Sequence record: MF459647.1
Strand: one strand, 5' to 3'
Length of the DNA stretch: 64,000 nucleotides
The stretch's first letter is position 1. Every line of letters starts with the position of its first letter. Position numbers and translations under genes: made by a program. A model generated the notes under the pieces. The model saw only the letters and a program-made list of their open reading frames with translations. It had not been told where the DNA came from and did not search any database. Of this stretch, positions 35,792-48,000 are shown one piece after another.

Positions 35792-37033
35792 CTATGCCTC
35801 TTGTATGATACTTCGGATTTTTAACAAATACCCCCGGTGAAGAACACTGGGGCGCTTACGATTGGTAAAGCCATGGTACAGTTGAGCACCGTTGCCTTCA
35901 CCCGTCGTTTTATTGAGATACAGCCGGTTGACACCGAGGTCTATATCTAATAAACGTCGATTAATAATCTTGCGTGTGTAGTATTTTGGTAATAATCCGT
36001 TAGACACCATCAGAGGCAAATTTTGAGTCTCATGGGTGTGGAACGTAAACGGAAAGCGATATGTTTCCAGCGGCAACACTTCAACAGAGAGGTTGGGGTT
36101 ATCCAACACAATCAAGAAACTACTCGGGTCAGTCAGCAGGGTAGTAAAGAACATTTCAGTGAAGAAGAAATCCTTACCCACAACCTGCCGTTCGAGATCG
36201 ATCACCGATGACAAATCGATGTAGTTCTTGCTGTCGAAGATGCGGCTAAACCAATCCACATAATCGATACGTATGGCGATGGAGTTTGCGCCCGTGACCT
36301 CAATGACGTCACTCATGTAAAGGCGGCCTCCGATACTCATCCACACGGTCTTGTCCGTTAACGGAGTTTGGGTCTTTAAATGTAAGAACCCGTAAGTGTC
36401 GTGATCTTCAAACTCAACCTGTTCCTCTTTAATGGGATAAGTGTTGAGCGTACTTATAGTGTTAAAGTTCAAACAGGTAACGTGAATGTTGTCGTACACC
36501 CGGAAATGTTTCCCGGCGTTTAACAGAAACAAATCATTGTCTCTGGCGATGGCACGACACAGGTGACCGTTCACGGTCCACAGAGCACGTTCCTGCAGCG
36601 CTTGATAGTCGACCAAGGTATTGTCGGTCTTGCGCACACGAATGTCATTAGCACTGCTTGTGGTCAACGTATCTTGACGGTCGTCGCTGATACGAATGTC
36701 GCCAGGCAGCAAGCTAAACCACCGGTATTGAATGTCTTCACAGGTAACATACCGGTATTCATTACCTGGAAGGGTATTACTGGTTTTCAGGGGGACGTTA
36801 GCTTTGGTGTCTAACCACGCCTGAATGGTAAGTTCATTACTAATCAGCTCGTTACGGTAATCGTTCAGCAAATCGATGCTGACCTGCTGATTGTAAACCC
36901 CATCCAGCACCACAATAATGAGTTGGCGGAAGTGAATGGGAATGTTCTTTAGTGCGATGCGACTGATGTCCAGTAGCTGTTGTCCCTCGGGACCAGTGGA
37001 GTAGACTCCGACTGCGCGCTGGTAAGTGTACAT
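35792..37033 (-). CDS. Conserved virion structural protein
   Basis: 413 aa with GAGGG RBS. L.TVNG..H/C and KTVWMSIGGRLY motifs recalled from phiKZ-like virion proteins. Confidence 0.55.
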   Translation of the reverse strand: MYTYQRAVGVYSTGPEGQQLLDISRIALKNIPIHFRQLIIVVLDGVYNQQVSIDLLNDYRNELISNELTIQAWLDTKANVPLKTSNTLPGNEYRYVTCEDIQYRWFSLLPGDIRISDDRQDTLTTSSANDIRVRKTDNTLVDYQALQERALWTVNGHLCRAIARDNDLFLLNAGKHFRVYDNIHVTCLNFNTISTLNTYPIKEEQVEFEDHDTYGFLHLKTQTPLTDKTVWMSIGGRLYMSDVIEVTGANSIAIRIDYVDWFSRIFDSKNYIDLSSVIDLERQVVGKDFFFTEMFFTTLLTDPSSFLIVLDNPNLSVEVLPLETYRFPFTFHTHETQNLPLMVSNGLLPKYYTRKIINRRLLDIDLGVNRLYLNKTTGEGNGAQLYHGFTNRKRPSVLHRGYLLKIRSIIQEA

Positions 37034-37129
37034 ACTAGACCCTCTGTTGAATTTTATAGAGTTCTAAACTCAAGCTATAACATCTCTGGCCAGAGCTGTT
37101 TTTCCACTTCAAAGATATAGGTAAATGCC

Positions 37130-37867
37130 ATGGCACAACCAGCCTATCCCTGGAACCCGTTTCAGGATTTGATCGATTCAAACATTGCCGGGGAAATTAT
37201 CAAGCCCGCCACTGAAAATAACCGCATGGAATTTGTGCCTCGCGCGGCACCGTTCTTTGCTAAAGACTTTAAGCTCTACAAACAGGGCAGTAACACCCCG
37301 TTAGTGTTTGGACAGGACTACGTCTTTGCTCATCCGTTTGACGTCTTCATTGATACCTACAAACGCAACGTGTTTGGCTCGGTGGTTTTGCTGAAGAAAG
37401 TCACCGGGGCACTGTACGCTGACTACGGCACTATCGGTACGCCGTTTGTGCTGGATGACGTGGCGTTCGCAACTCTGGTTGCTAACATCATGAACAGTCC
37501 GCGTCAGGTGGATTGGTCTAACCTGTCCAATGTCCCGACGGAGTTCCCGTCTGACCCCCATCCGCATCCGATGGTGCAAACCTACGATTACTACGACATG
37601 ATGGTCATGCTGCGTAGCTTAATCAATGCCATCTCCTACACCAGTAATGGCCAGACCATTCAGGGTCTGTTGGAAGAGCATATCGGTAAGCGCCTGATTG
37701 AAGCCCACAAAGCAGACAACAGCGATCTGGGTATGGACCTGGTAGAGAACGCCGGGTTAGCATCGTCGGCTGACCTTGATGGCAACAGTGCCAACAGCAT
37801 TATGACCGTGGCGACCTTTAAAGAAGGGCTGCGTAAGTTCTCTGCGGGTCAGTTGAATATCGACTAA
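37130..37867 (+). CDS. Short tail-fibre/baseplate paralog (N-terminal module only)
   Basis: Shares P..APFF...LY, W.N....P..F...H.H and H......LG..LV.N modules with the following genes. Confidence 0.65.
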   Translation: MAQPAYPWNPFQDLIDSNIAGEIIKPATENNRMEFVPRAAPFFAKDFKLYKQGSNTPLVFGQDYVFAHPFDVFIDTYKRNVFGSVVLLKKVTGALYADYGTIGTPFVLDDVAFATLVANIMNSPRQVDWSNLSNVPTEFPSDPHPHPMVQTYDYYDMMVMLRSLINAISYTSNGQTIQGLLEEHIGKRLIEAHKADNSDLGMDLVENAGLASSADLDGNSANSIMTVATFKEGLRKFSAGQLNID

Positions 37868-37879
37868 TAGAGGTTGACC

Positions 37880-40800
37880 ATGAATTTCCCCATTGTACAA
37901 CAATATAAGTTTGATATTGATGGGACCAACCCTGAGAACAAAATCACTGACGAACCCATCAAAACCCCAGCCGGTATTTGGAACCGCATTATTGTTCCGG
38001 TAAACGGTCCGTTCTTTGTTGACACCCTGGTGCTGACACTGCCTAACGGTAAACCGCTGGTAGAAGAGGTTGATTATCGCATCTTCCGTATGATGGGGAA
38101 ACTGTCGGAGTTCTGTGCCAGGGATGTGGCCTGCATCATTGAACTGATTAAGCCGGAAATTACTGACGTCTTTGCTACCTACCATACCGTAGGGGAAACC
38201 ACCCTGTTTGACCGCAGCATGCTGCTATTGATTATGGACGCCGTCAATGACGACCGTCCGGTGTGGTGGGAGAACGTCCTGAACAAACCGGTGGCTTTCC
38301 CGCCGATTCTGCACGGTCACAGTTTGATTTATGAAATGGTGGCCTTCCAGGACATGGTGTCGATGATCGACGAGTTGTTGGATTTCCTCAACGACGGACA
38401 CCGTGATTTGCTGGAGCTCAAAATCGACCACCTGAGCACGCTGATTGATTGGTACATCAGCCTGTATACCCAAACCCTGACGAAGTACCTGGAGCGTCAT
38501 GAAGCGTCTTACAACGCCCATGGGTTAACAGCTGCACAGGCCGGTGCCGATTTAATCGACAACTTCCCAACGGCTACCTTAACCCAATCGTTACAGGGTG
38601 AACGGTCTGACCTGGTCATTAAACCAGCGGGATTAAAAGCACTGATGCAGGAGTACGGTTACAACAGTGACTTCTTCCTGGAAACCAACATCATTCCGCT
38701 TTCCCGTTACGGTGCGCGTAGCTTCATCCCGCCTTCTATTGACGGTAACTTCGAAGGTCTGGGGGCGGAAGTTGAAACCACCGGTATCTGCATGGAATCC
38801 GACGGGTCATTGAGTATCTTGAGCAACCACTGGGATGGACGTACCGAAGGCTTGTACTTTAGCACCTGTCCAAACTATCAGGTAAAGGTGGAACGTATCT
38901 TCACCGGCTTTAAATACACACATCAGAAAATCATTGCCAACGGTCAGGAAGTCACCCGTGTTATTGGTGGCACTAACCATGAAGTGATTATGGTGGGGCG
39001 TCCAGGTACACCGAACTGGTTTGTGGGGTTAAGTAAAGGTACGTTGAACCCGTCGAAGCATATTCTCTCTAAAGTGAATATGAAACCGATTAACGATGCC
39101 ATTGGTAACCCTAACGGCCAGAACTACAACAGCCACGATAAGCTGTCTGTGCACCTCATGGGGAATTGGGTTTACCTTATCCAGACTTACAGTGGTCCGT
39201 TAGGCGAAAACGGCAGCAAGCGGCTTTTCCGGGTTCCTCGTGCATCGGTAGAAGCAGGTCTTGATGTAACGCCTACACCGATTAAAATCACGTACAAGAA
39301 CTGGGACGGTAAACAGTACAACAGTGTTGATGAGTTCATCTGGGGTTCTCCAACGTTCGACAGTAACAATGCCGCAACGCGTTACCTGTTTAACTTTAAC
39401 CCAGCTGTTCCGACTGCCACTACGGGTGGACTGTACCGTGCTGCAGTTACCCTTTCCTGTGCCATTCCGAACAAAGCCAACACCTATGTGCTGAAGTTCA
39501 TGAGTCACTTTTGGATTCCGTATATTGCCGGTAACGTCTCCACCGCTATCGATTGCTCTCCAGAACTGGTATACGAATTTAATCCGGACACCGGGGTAAT
39601 GACGTTAATCAGTAAGAGCGATGAACCCGGTGTTGTGGACATGACGAAAGGCAACGTTTCAGTCAACACCCTTAACGAAAACTCCAACGGGTTAATCGTT
39701 GCTAACTGGTCTCGTCAGGCTGCAGTGGTGTTGCCCAATGGCGATGTGGTGTTTGGGGGGAGTTCACTTTATTCGTACCCGCACTACCTCTACATTTACA
39801 AAACCGGCCAACGTACACCGTATGAAACCATGAAGCTATGGTGGTCACGTCGTAACTTCCCGGCGTCGGGATATGCAAGTGCGACTGAAATACCGGTGTC
39901 ACCTATTGTGAGCGGCATTCAACAGATTGGGGTGACGTACGACAATGAAGGTGAGTTCTACACAGCCTATCCGCAAAACGCATTGAATACCAAGTACCTG
40001 TACCACCGTACGGTTACCGGTGACTATGCCAAACGCGAAGGGGTCAACAACCTGATCTATCCGAACTACTACTCTCGCCCAGTGGGTGGTGTGGTTAAAC
40101 GGATCATGGCGATGTGTAACACTCCCCGCATCAATATCACCGGCACGGCTACCCAGATTTCCAAATATGGATTGAACCTGGGATGGACTGGATTTGGTAT
40201 GGGTCCTGAGGAACGTTTCTGGCGTCGTACCCAGAACTCGAACTGGACACCGGGAACGAACGATAATGACATCATGCTGGTCACGGCACACAACAAGCGT
40301 GACAACGGCGACGGTACCATATCGTTGATTCCAACCAAACAGGTGCTCTGGCCTGCGGCCATTGTCAATCAGTTAAAGAACCTGATTCCTGCAGCGTACC
40401 GCAGCTCTCCGGATATCGCAGTCAGTATCATTGACTTCAGTGATGGTCCGGAAGGTAAGTTCGGCAGCTTCCCGGCAATCGTCCAGATTTATTATGTGGA
40501 CGTTTCTCGTGCTATGGCACGTCAGATGTTCTTAACCGTTCGTCCGACGTACAGTGCGCCGTCAGGGATTCGCCGTACGGTAACAGGTTACACCATTCTG
40601 GGGTCATTGGACGTTGACGTCATGGGCAGCCAAACCGACGTCTCAACGTGGCAACCGTATTTTGTGGGTGGGGTAAACGGTAGTGTAGCGAAAGCCGATA
40701 TCTACCTGAATGATGACGGCACCATGGAAGTGGACATTTGTTCAGGGGTCGCGTCACAGCATGCTGGTAACAACAGTATGGCGTGTGCACGTTTCACCAT

Positions 40801-41380
40801 TAACAAGTCCACGGGTCAGTTGGTTGGCGGTATTCCGTATAACTATCAGGAAGCTATGCAGTCTGGTCGTCATGCGGTACCGAAGGTTGGGATTGGACAG
40901 AACGTGTTCTGGGGAACCGGCAGTGGCGGGTCTGCGTTGATTAACGGTGCAGGCGGTAACTACTACATGCTGGCATCATGTTATCCAGAATCCGGATGGG
41001 TGGTCTACTTCCAGAAAGCTCAGGAAGTGGTGTTTAACGGCACGTCGTATACTCTGCCGCAAGGTACCATTGACTTGCGTGATATTGAGCCGAGCCCTGG
41101 GAATAAAACTTTCTACCTTTACTGTGAGGTGAAAGAGAACAAGGCCGCGTATCAAATCAGTACGCAGAAGCTGGAAGATACACCGTTCCACATGTGGATT
41201 GGTATTATCCGTACCAACGAGAAACAAATCCTCACCATTGATCGTTTCAACGTCTTTACCTTGAACGGTCAGCGTGTGTCGGAGACACGTCGTGGTTCTG
41301 CACTGCCAGCCTCTTCTGGTGCAATTAACAGTCTGGGTCAGATTCCGTGGCTGAAACCTTCTGAGATTATTCAGGGTTAA
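37880..41380 (+). CDS. Large tail fibre/baseplate-appendage paralog 1
   Basis: GAGG RBS before ATG 37880. N- and C-terminal blocks align with 41444..44962. Beta-rich variable middle. Confidence 0.7.
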   Translation: MNFPIVQQYKFDIDGTNPENKITDEPIKTPAGIWNRIIVPVNGPFFVDTLVLTLPNGKPLVEEVDYRIFRMMGKLSEFCARDVACIIELIKPEITDVFATYHTVGETTLFDRSMLLLIMDAVNDDRPVWWENVLNKPVAFPPILHGHSLIYEMVAFQDMVSMIDELLDFLNDGHRDLLELKIDHLSTLIDWYISLYTQTLTKYLERHEASYNAHGLTAAQAGADLIDNFPTATLTQSLQGERSDLVIKPAGLKALMQEYGYNSDFFLETNIIPLSRYGARSFIPPSIDGNFEGLGAEVETTGICMESDGSLSILSNHWDGRTEGLYFSTCPNYQVKVERIFTGFKYTHQKIIANGQEVTRVIGGTNHEVIMVGRPGTPNWFVGLSKGTLNPSKHILSKVNMKPINDAIGNPNGQNYNSHDKLSVHLMGNWVYLIQTYSGPLGENGSKRLFRVPRASVEAGLDVTPTPIKITYKNWDGKQYNSVDEFIWGSPTFDSNNAATRYLFNFNPAVPTATTGGLYRAAVTLSCAIPNKANTYVLKFMSHFWIPYIAGNVSTAIDCSPELVYEFNPDTGVMTLISKSDEPGVVDMTKGNVSVNTLNENSNGLIVANWSRQAAVVLPNGDVVFGGSSLYSYPHYLYIYKTGQRTPYETMKLWWSRRNFPASGYASATEIPVSPIVSGIQQIGVTYDNEGEFYTAYPQNALNTKYLYHRTVTGDYAKREGVNNLIYPNYYSRPVGGVVKRIMAMCNTPRINITGTATQISKYGLNLGWTGFGMGPEERFWRRTQNSNWTPGTNDNDIMLVTAHNKRDNGDGTISLIPTKQVLWPAAIVNQLKNLIPAAYRSSPDIAVSIIDFSDGPEGKFGSFPAIVQIYYVDVSRAMARQMFLTVRPTYSAPSGIRRTVTGYTILGSLDVDVMGSQTDVSTWQPYFVGGVNGSVAKADIYLNDDGTMEVDICSGVASQHAGNNSMACARFTINKSTGQLVGGIPYNYQEAMQSGRHAVPKVGIGQNVFWGTGSGGSALINGAGGNYYMLASCYPESGWVVYFQKAQEVVFNGTSYTLPQGTIDLRDIEPSPGNKTFYLYCEVKENKAAYQISTQKLEDTPFHMWIGIIRTNEKQILTIDRFNVFTLNGQRVSETRRGSALPASSGAINSLGQIPWLKPSEIIQG

Positions 41381-41394
41381 TGTTCACTAATTAA

Positions 41395-41425
41395 AGTCCG
41401 GGGGAGGTCACCCTCCCCTGGCTTT
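41395..41425 (+). terminator. Terminator-like hairpin
   Basis: CCGGGGGAGG-TCAC-CCTCCCCTGG followed by CTTT. Confidence 0.6.
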
Positions 41426-41443
41426 CTAAAAGAGAATAAAGAG

Positions 41444-44400
41444 ATGGATGATTTACGTGTCCTCGATTTCGACGTTTTGGGAACGAATCCTAAAAACTAT
41501 ATCCGAGACGAGACGATACCGTTAACGGACAAAACCTGCCCTTGGGTGATTCCTAACGGTGCGCCGTTCTTCGGAACTGATGTAGAGCTGTATGACGAAC
41601 GTGGTGCTTTGATCCCACCTCGTTTATACTCTTTTGTGGCTGACTTTATCCCGTTCTCTGAACTCACTGGCAAAGCCGTTTGGTCTTTTATTGAACTGGA
41701 CGAATCGATTCGCGAGAAGAATGCCTTTATTACGGTAAACTACCGCAGTATCGGGGCGTACTTTGTTCCGCGTAACCAGTTGGAAGATTGGTTAGAGAAA
41801 ATCAAAACGGGGATTATCCCGGTGGGTTGGGAGAAGGTCTACGGTCTGCCGTTAACCTATAACCCAAGCTGGCACATTCACAGCGCCATCACAGAGATCG
41901 GTGACTGGTATGAGCTGACCTGGTTCTTTGAAGCGTTAACCAACATCCGGTTAACCCGTGACCCGCAGTTGGACATCAACATCAATGCGGTGGTGGACAC
42001 GGCGTATAAGGACATGTTGCGAATCAAGGACGCACAGCTTCAACGGCTGGTTGACCACGATCACAATTACCATGACCCGCACGGTACCGATAAGTCACAC
42101 CTGCAACTGGGTAACCGTGATAACTATCGGGTAGCGACCGCAGCGGAAGAAGCTGACGGTAAACGCAACGATGTATTGAGTACCCCACGTGGTGCACGCC
42201 TCAAAATCCAGTCGTTGATTCCGGACACTGAAAAGCTGATGCAGAACGGGGTATTGCCTATCAGTCTGTTGGGTGGGGGTGACTTTATTCCTCCAACGAT
42301 TGACGGGTCCTTTGAGGGTATCGGCAGCGACAGTGAGTCCACGGGGTTCTGTTTAGAGAACAACGGCCGTCTGATGCTGTTAACGCGTCATTTCGATGGG
42401 CGCAACGCTGGGCTGTTCTTCTCGTTCGTGGATAACTACAAAGCCACCCCTAACGCCAACACCATTATCTTTACCGGGTACAAATATGCTAACCAGTATA
42501 TCTCGGCAGATGGTGTGGAAGCCGACTGCATTATCGCAGGGAGTAACCACAAGGTCCTGATGGTTGGTAAGAAGGGAACCGCGAACTGGTATCTGTGCTT
42601 AACCAACGGCACGTTTAACCCATCATCGCATTCCTTTATTAAGGTTGACATGACCAACGTCAACCTGAAGGCGTTTAACAGCCCGAATAACCCGACGTAC
42701 TACAGTGATTCAGAAGCCACCGTCCACAAAATCGGTGATTGGATTTACCTGATTCAAAGTACAGGCATTAATGGTAACGGTCCGAGCGGCACACAGTACT
42801 TCTTCCGTATCCGTGTGTCGGATGTGTTGGCGGGGAACAATGCCAGCTGGGAACACGTTAAACTGACTTATGTCGATTATGATGGTGTGCAGCGTGTGAG
42901 CTTTGATTATTATCAGATGCTGACGCAGCAAAAGGACGCACAGGGAAGAACCACCAAGGCAGGGTATTACTACAACCCACCTACGGATACTTACAGTGGC
43001 TTCTACCGTAAGTTTGTGGCGTATTCCGGTGAACACCCAACGGACAAGAACCGTGGCAGTATTCACATGATCGGTCACACTTACCTGACGTTACGTTTAA
43101 ACAACAACACGTACACGACAGGGCCAGATGTGGACGTGGCGTATGACTTTAACCCAAACACCGGTAACATGGTACTTCAGGATAAAGCACCGCTCTGCAC
43201 CATTGACGAAAACAACGTGGTGCGTGACATGAACGGTAAGGTCATGGGGAGTCCGTGTCCTTTCGGTTCTGATATGACGTTCAGTTCTGGTAACTCGGCA
43301 TCTGTGGTGTTACCGAATGGTGATTCACTTAACTCCAACGGCCCAGATTCGGCGAAAACGTATCCACGTAACTTTGTGGTGATGACGTCACCTACTCTTA
43401 CCAATGAGTGGGAAATGACACGTCGCTCACTGTATGCCATCGGGAACCTGGCAGCCACCTTCCGTTATCGTCAGCATTCGGTTATTGCCGGTCCGTTAAA
43501 GAACAACGTTTATCCTGGTTGTATTTGTTATGCTTCTGACGGTGAGGTCTTTACCGCACTGAACCAGAACGACAACAGCCGTGGGATGTTCTTTAAGAAA
43601 GTATCGGGACCGTATCAGTTACGCGACGAAGTCAAGATGAAGAACTACCCGAATGCGGTTTCTCGTCCTCTGACCAACGAAGTGTATAAGGCCAACCTTC
43701 CGGCACACCTGACCAACATCAATATGACTGGTACTGCAGCGCAACTTAGCTCAGCAGGTCGTGAGATGGGTGACCATGGGATGAGCGTAGGAAAGTTCAT
43801 TAACATGGTGTTGCAAGGGAATGACGGGAAGTTTAACGGTAGCTTTGACGGCATTGAACTGTGCTGGCCGAAGACCTTTACCCGTAAGCTGAATCAGGAC
43901 CTTACCGCGGACTACACTGCTACTCGTTATTACGGTATCCGTCCGGCGACGCTGCAAAGCCTGTACAATGCCAACACTCCTGGCGGTATTGGTGACAAGG
44001 CATGCAGTATTGCAATGTTCCCTGCTGAGAACGGTCCGATGTTTAATGGCATCGCTATCGGCATGATGTCGTTCGTGTACTACGTTGGTAACTCTACTCT
44101 TCGTGTTCGTTTGGTGACCTTTAAAGCCACCATTGAAGCGGCGAACGCTGCACACCCTAACGTTGACCTCATTACCAATTTCCAGGTACTGGCTACGCAG
44201 GATGGTGTTGCAAACTCAGCCGTTCTCGATGACAGATGGAGCATGAGCGTTCAGTATGGTACCATGGTTCCTACCTTACAGTGTTATCGTAACGGTGGGG
44301 TGATGGATTTCTACTGGTATATCGGGTTCCAGCTCTTTGTTGCAGGTAACACCAATATCGCAGTCTGTGCCGGAACCGTTAACCTGACATCGGGGGCTAT

Positions 44401-44962
44401 CAGTAATTACCAGCCAGCAACCGCAAACTGGTTACCTGATGGCAGTACTCAACAGGCTGTACCGAACGTCGGGTTGTGTTTAAACGTGTTCGTAAACAAC
44501 GGCAGCAGCCCAAGTGCGCAGGTAGCACAAACTGTGGATGGAAGTCGAACCTTTGTATTGGCCTCGACCTATCCGTCTCCGTTGTGGTCCGTGTTCTTTA
44601 AAGAAGGGACACGTGCACTGATTAACGGCACGAAGTACATGTTGCCAATTGGGGTTGTGGACTTACGGGACATTGACCCGTCACCTGCCAACAAAACGTT
44701 CTACATTTATGTGGGGGTAGATGAGAACGGAGCGAAATACCTGATTACCAAAAACCGCCTGCGTCACAACAACTTCTTGTTGCCGGCTGCTACCGTGGTG
44801 TGTGGTGAGAAACAGGTAATTCGTATTGACACCCGTCAGCCGTTCTTAATCGGGGATTACATCCTGACGTCAGGCCGTGAAGGCGGAACCATTCCTGTGT
44901 CTACTGGTCTGCCAATGGATGAAGGTAGCTTCCGTTATATCTACAACTCGGACCTGATTTAA
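41444..44962 (+). CDS. Large tail fibre/baseplate-appendage paralog 2
   Basis: FIPPTIDGSFEGIG vs FIPPSIDGNFEGLG, and DLRDIDPSPANKTFYIY vs DLRDIEPSPGNKTFYLY, compared with paralog 1. Confidence 0.7.
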   Translation: MDDLRVLDFDVLGTNPKNYIRDETIPLTDKTCPWVIPNGAPFFGTDVELYDERGALIPPRLYSFVADFIPFSELTGKAVWSFIELDESIREKNAFITVNYRSIGAYFVPRNQLEDWLEKIKTGIIPVGWEKVYGLPLTYNPSWHIHSAITEIGDWYELTWFFEALTNIRLTRDPQLDININAVVDTAYKDMLRIKDAQLQRLVDHDHNYHDPHGTDKSHLQLGNRDNYRVATAAEEADGKRNDVLSTPRGARLKIQSLIPDTEKLMQNGVLPISLLGGGDFIPPTIDGSFEGIGSDSESTGFCLENNGRLMLLTRHFDGRNAGLFFSFVDNYKATPNANTIIFTGYKYANQYISADGVEADCIIAGSNHKVLMVGKKGTANWYLCLTNGTFNPSSHSFIKVDMTNVNLKAFNSPNNPTYYSDSEATVHKIGDWIYLIQSTGINGNGPSGTQYFFRIRVSDVLAGNNASWEHVKLTYVDYDGVQRVSFDYYQMLTQQKDAQGRTTKAGYYYNPPTDTYSGFYRKFVAYSGEHPTDKNRGSIHMIGHTYLTLRLNNNTYTTGPDVDVAYDFNPNTGNMVLQDKAPLCTIDENNVVRDMNGKVMGSPCPFGSDMTFSSGNSASVVLPNGDSLNSNGPDSAKTYPRNFVVMTSPTLTNEWEMTRRSLYAIGNLAATFRYRQHSVIAGPLKNNVYPGCICYASDGEVFTALNQNDNSRGMFFKKVSGPYQLRDEVKMKNYPNAVSRPLTNEVYKANLPAHLTNINMTGTAAQLSSAGREMGDHGMSVGKFINMVLQGNDGKFNGSFDGIELCWPKTFTRKLNQDLTADYTATRYYGIRPATLQSLYNANTPGGIGDKACSIAMFPAENGPMFNGIAIGMMSFVYYVGNSTLRVRLVTFKATIEAANAAHPNVDLITNFQVLATQDGVANSAVLDDRWSMSVQYGTMVPTLQCYRNGGVMDFYWYIGFQLFVAGNTNIAVCAGTVNLTSGAISNYQPATANWLPDGSTQQAVPNVGLCLNVFVNNGSSPSAQVAQTVDGSRTFVLASTYPSPLWSVFFKEGTRALINGTKYMLPIGVVDLRDIDPSPANKTFYIYVGVDENGAKYLITKNRLRHNNFLLPAATVVCGEKQVIRIDTRQPFLIGDYILTSGREGGTIPVSTGLPMDEGSFRYIYNSDLI

Positions 44963-45010
44963 CTTTTATGGCCCACGCAGTCAGTGGGCCTGTTTCATGA
45001 GGAGTTACGC

Positions 45011-48000
45011 GTGATTATTATCGAGCGTTGGAAAGAACCTCCCGTTCTCGACACCCCCGAGCCGAAGTTTGGTGAGGTGATACGCAGCCTTAACGATTTG
45101 TTGTTTTTAGCCGAACAGCAAACCCAACAGTTTAATGCCAGCACCACCGCTAAGCTCGACACCATTAAAACCAAACTGACCCGTTTCAGTGTGGACCTGC
45201 CTGCACGTATTGATGTTCACTTGAACGGTAAAGGTGCGATGCACGGTGAAACCAAAAACACCATCGGGTTAAGTAAAGTCGACAACTTCCGTACAGCGAC
45301 GCTGACAGAACAACGCGACATGGTGGATGTGGATGCCCTGTGTACTCCAGCCGGTGTACAGGCCGCTGTAGACAAGAACAATTCGTTCCGTCAAGAAGAC
45401 TACCAAAAGAACGACCTGTTCCCATTTGGCAGTATTCATACCCCTGACCTGTACCCGCGTGTTTCCACCAACTGGAAGAACGTACCTTACTTCCAAAACG
45501 ATTACTGTACGTTGGGTTATCAAAACGACCGTGTCATTGTTTCCCCTAAACAAGACGCCAGCAAATACAGTGGGTTCACTGGTTTTGTATCAGACTCCTT
45601 GCAAGCAGCCTCGATGATGTTGCTGAACGAGCAGTCGGATATGGCGATGAGTTACCTGGGTGAAGGATGGGGAATGCGTGGAGCCCAGACGTCGGATAAC
45701 AAGGTTGCTGTGTTCCGTCCGCTGGCTAACCTGAAGAAATTCAACTACCCCAGTCAGATGAACCTGCCGGGCAGTAAAGCCTATATCCTGTGGGATGAAT
45801 ACATCACTGATTTGGTGCAAGGCTTCGCGGTGAGTGTGGATGTGTCCGGTAGCACGATCTCTGTGTACCATGACGTGTTTAAAGCACTTAACCCTACCAC
45901 TGACCCTACGTTAACTTCCGCGGTCTCCTTGGGGCTCTTAACGTCCTTAACGTGGATTGGTGGGTTGGACTTGGTACCGGTACGCGGCAGTCACGCCTAC
46001 AACCTGTACAACTTCATTGATGCAGACCCAGGTGTCACCATTGCGGTAAACCCAGCGGCGCGTATTAAAGTCAGTCCGACCTTGATCTGGGCAGTGCAGG
46101 ACAAAGAGATTTACGTCCACATTGCTGTGCCGGTTATTGTTGCGGCCAACGGTAAATCCAAAGAGTATGTTCTGCGGTTTACGGAAAGCTGGAACGTGGC
46201 AGGAATCAACAACGGGTCGCAAATCTCGACTACGCAGTTAGGGGTCTTAACCAAAGACTACGTTAACGCCAATCTGGAAATCCGTGACACACCCAAATGG
46301 ATGATGCCGTGTGACTGGACTGATGCACTTAACCCAGTAGGGTTGCCGGGTGTCTTCCTGAAATCTGGGTACGTTATTCAGGCACGTTCAACGAAATACG
46401 GTATTAAGGTCAAGTACTCGACCACGCCACTGAAATCCAGCCTGGAATGGATTAACGGTTACAAGACCGCGAAGAAACCGTCGTCTGCAGTAACCCGTAC
46501 CTTCTCTCCGGGTCGTTACCTGTCCTTTGGGGAAATCCCAGAACGTATCCTGCCGATGGATGTGTCTAACGGAGTTACTCGTTACCTGTCTTATCAAGAC
46601 ATTAACAAGAAGCACGGCTACGGTTGGACAGAACACACCTGGTTTAGCGACAAGGTGATGAAAGCAGGCAGTCCGGTGAACACCCACAGTGCGTTGTCTC
46701 CGGATAACTCCATTGTGTATGAGTTCAGTAATGACTTCAACAAATCCCTGGTAATCAAAGCCGGTAAAAATGGCGGGATTGCGACCAGTGGCATGGCCTT
46801 TACCTTCGCCAATGATTTTGTTGGCAAAGACGGGTTCAGCTACCAGAGCGGGATTGTGAAACCAGGGGTTGACGTGGCATTGGGTAAACCCATTATCGCG
46901 GCAATGCAGACCCATGGCCTGAAGATACTGAAACGCGCTGCAGCGCAATACGGTACCGGTTACGATGCGCGTAAATCTGAGCTGACTAACCAAGTCTACT
47001 GTTTCGACAACAGCAAAATCCTCGTGATTATCAGCGACGGTCTTGCTTACGCCGAAGCCGGCCTCTTTACCTACCGTATTGAAAACGGGGTATTGAACGC
47101 AGAGATTCCATTAACGGATGACCAGTTCTTCCGTATTACCGACAGCACCAAGCGACCGAGTTTGTTAAGTCGTACCAGTGCTACCGGTGATGGGGTCAAC
47201 CACCTGTTTGCGGATCTGCTCATTTATCAGGAAGATGATGACACGTTCCATGTCGGTGTACCGCGTGCCTTTGGTCATGTGTTTGGTGACCTGACGTTCT
47301 CTATCACCAACTACCGTACCAAACCGGCCTTCACGCCTCGTATCACGAACCCAGCGCGTCTGTACAGCAATGATTCGCCGATTGATGTGGTGGAAGAGCT
47401 CTATCCTCAGGTACTGGCTACAACCTTTGGTCTGTTCTCTTTCCAACCAAGCATTACGTCGGCGGTGCAAACACGTCTGCAGCAAGCAGGTGGGTCATTT
47501 ACCATGGATCCTTATCTGCCTCCAGATGCGTATTACTGTATCGTGCCAAGCGGGACCCGTTGTATTCTGGGTGGTCGTTCAGTTACTCTGGAACGCAGCT
47601 ACTACCTGCCGTTTGATGGGACCGACAATACGCACTTCTATCTGACCCGTAACGGTGACGATGTGCTGTTGGAGAAATCCATTGGGCTCATGGAACCGAG
47701 TAACAGTTCGGTGTTGTACGCGTACTACCATCCTGGTGAGCTGACTATCGTACCGTCGTATATCGTGTTGGATGACCACGTGCTGAGTTATGCTCGTCGT
47801 GGTTCGGCTATCCCTGTAACAATGGATACTGGCACGGCAATTGGTAGCAACGTGTTCTTCCGTCGTGGTGACGTTAACTACGTGGATGTTCCGGTTGCAC
47901 AGTTCGAGATGTTGGCGGACTACCATTACCGAGGCGAAGTATCGTTGCTGAACGGTAACATGACATTACGCTTGAGCTCAACGGTGGATAACGGCACAGG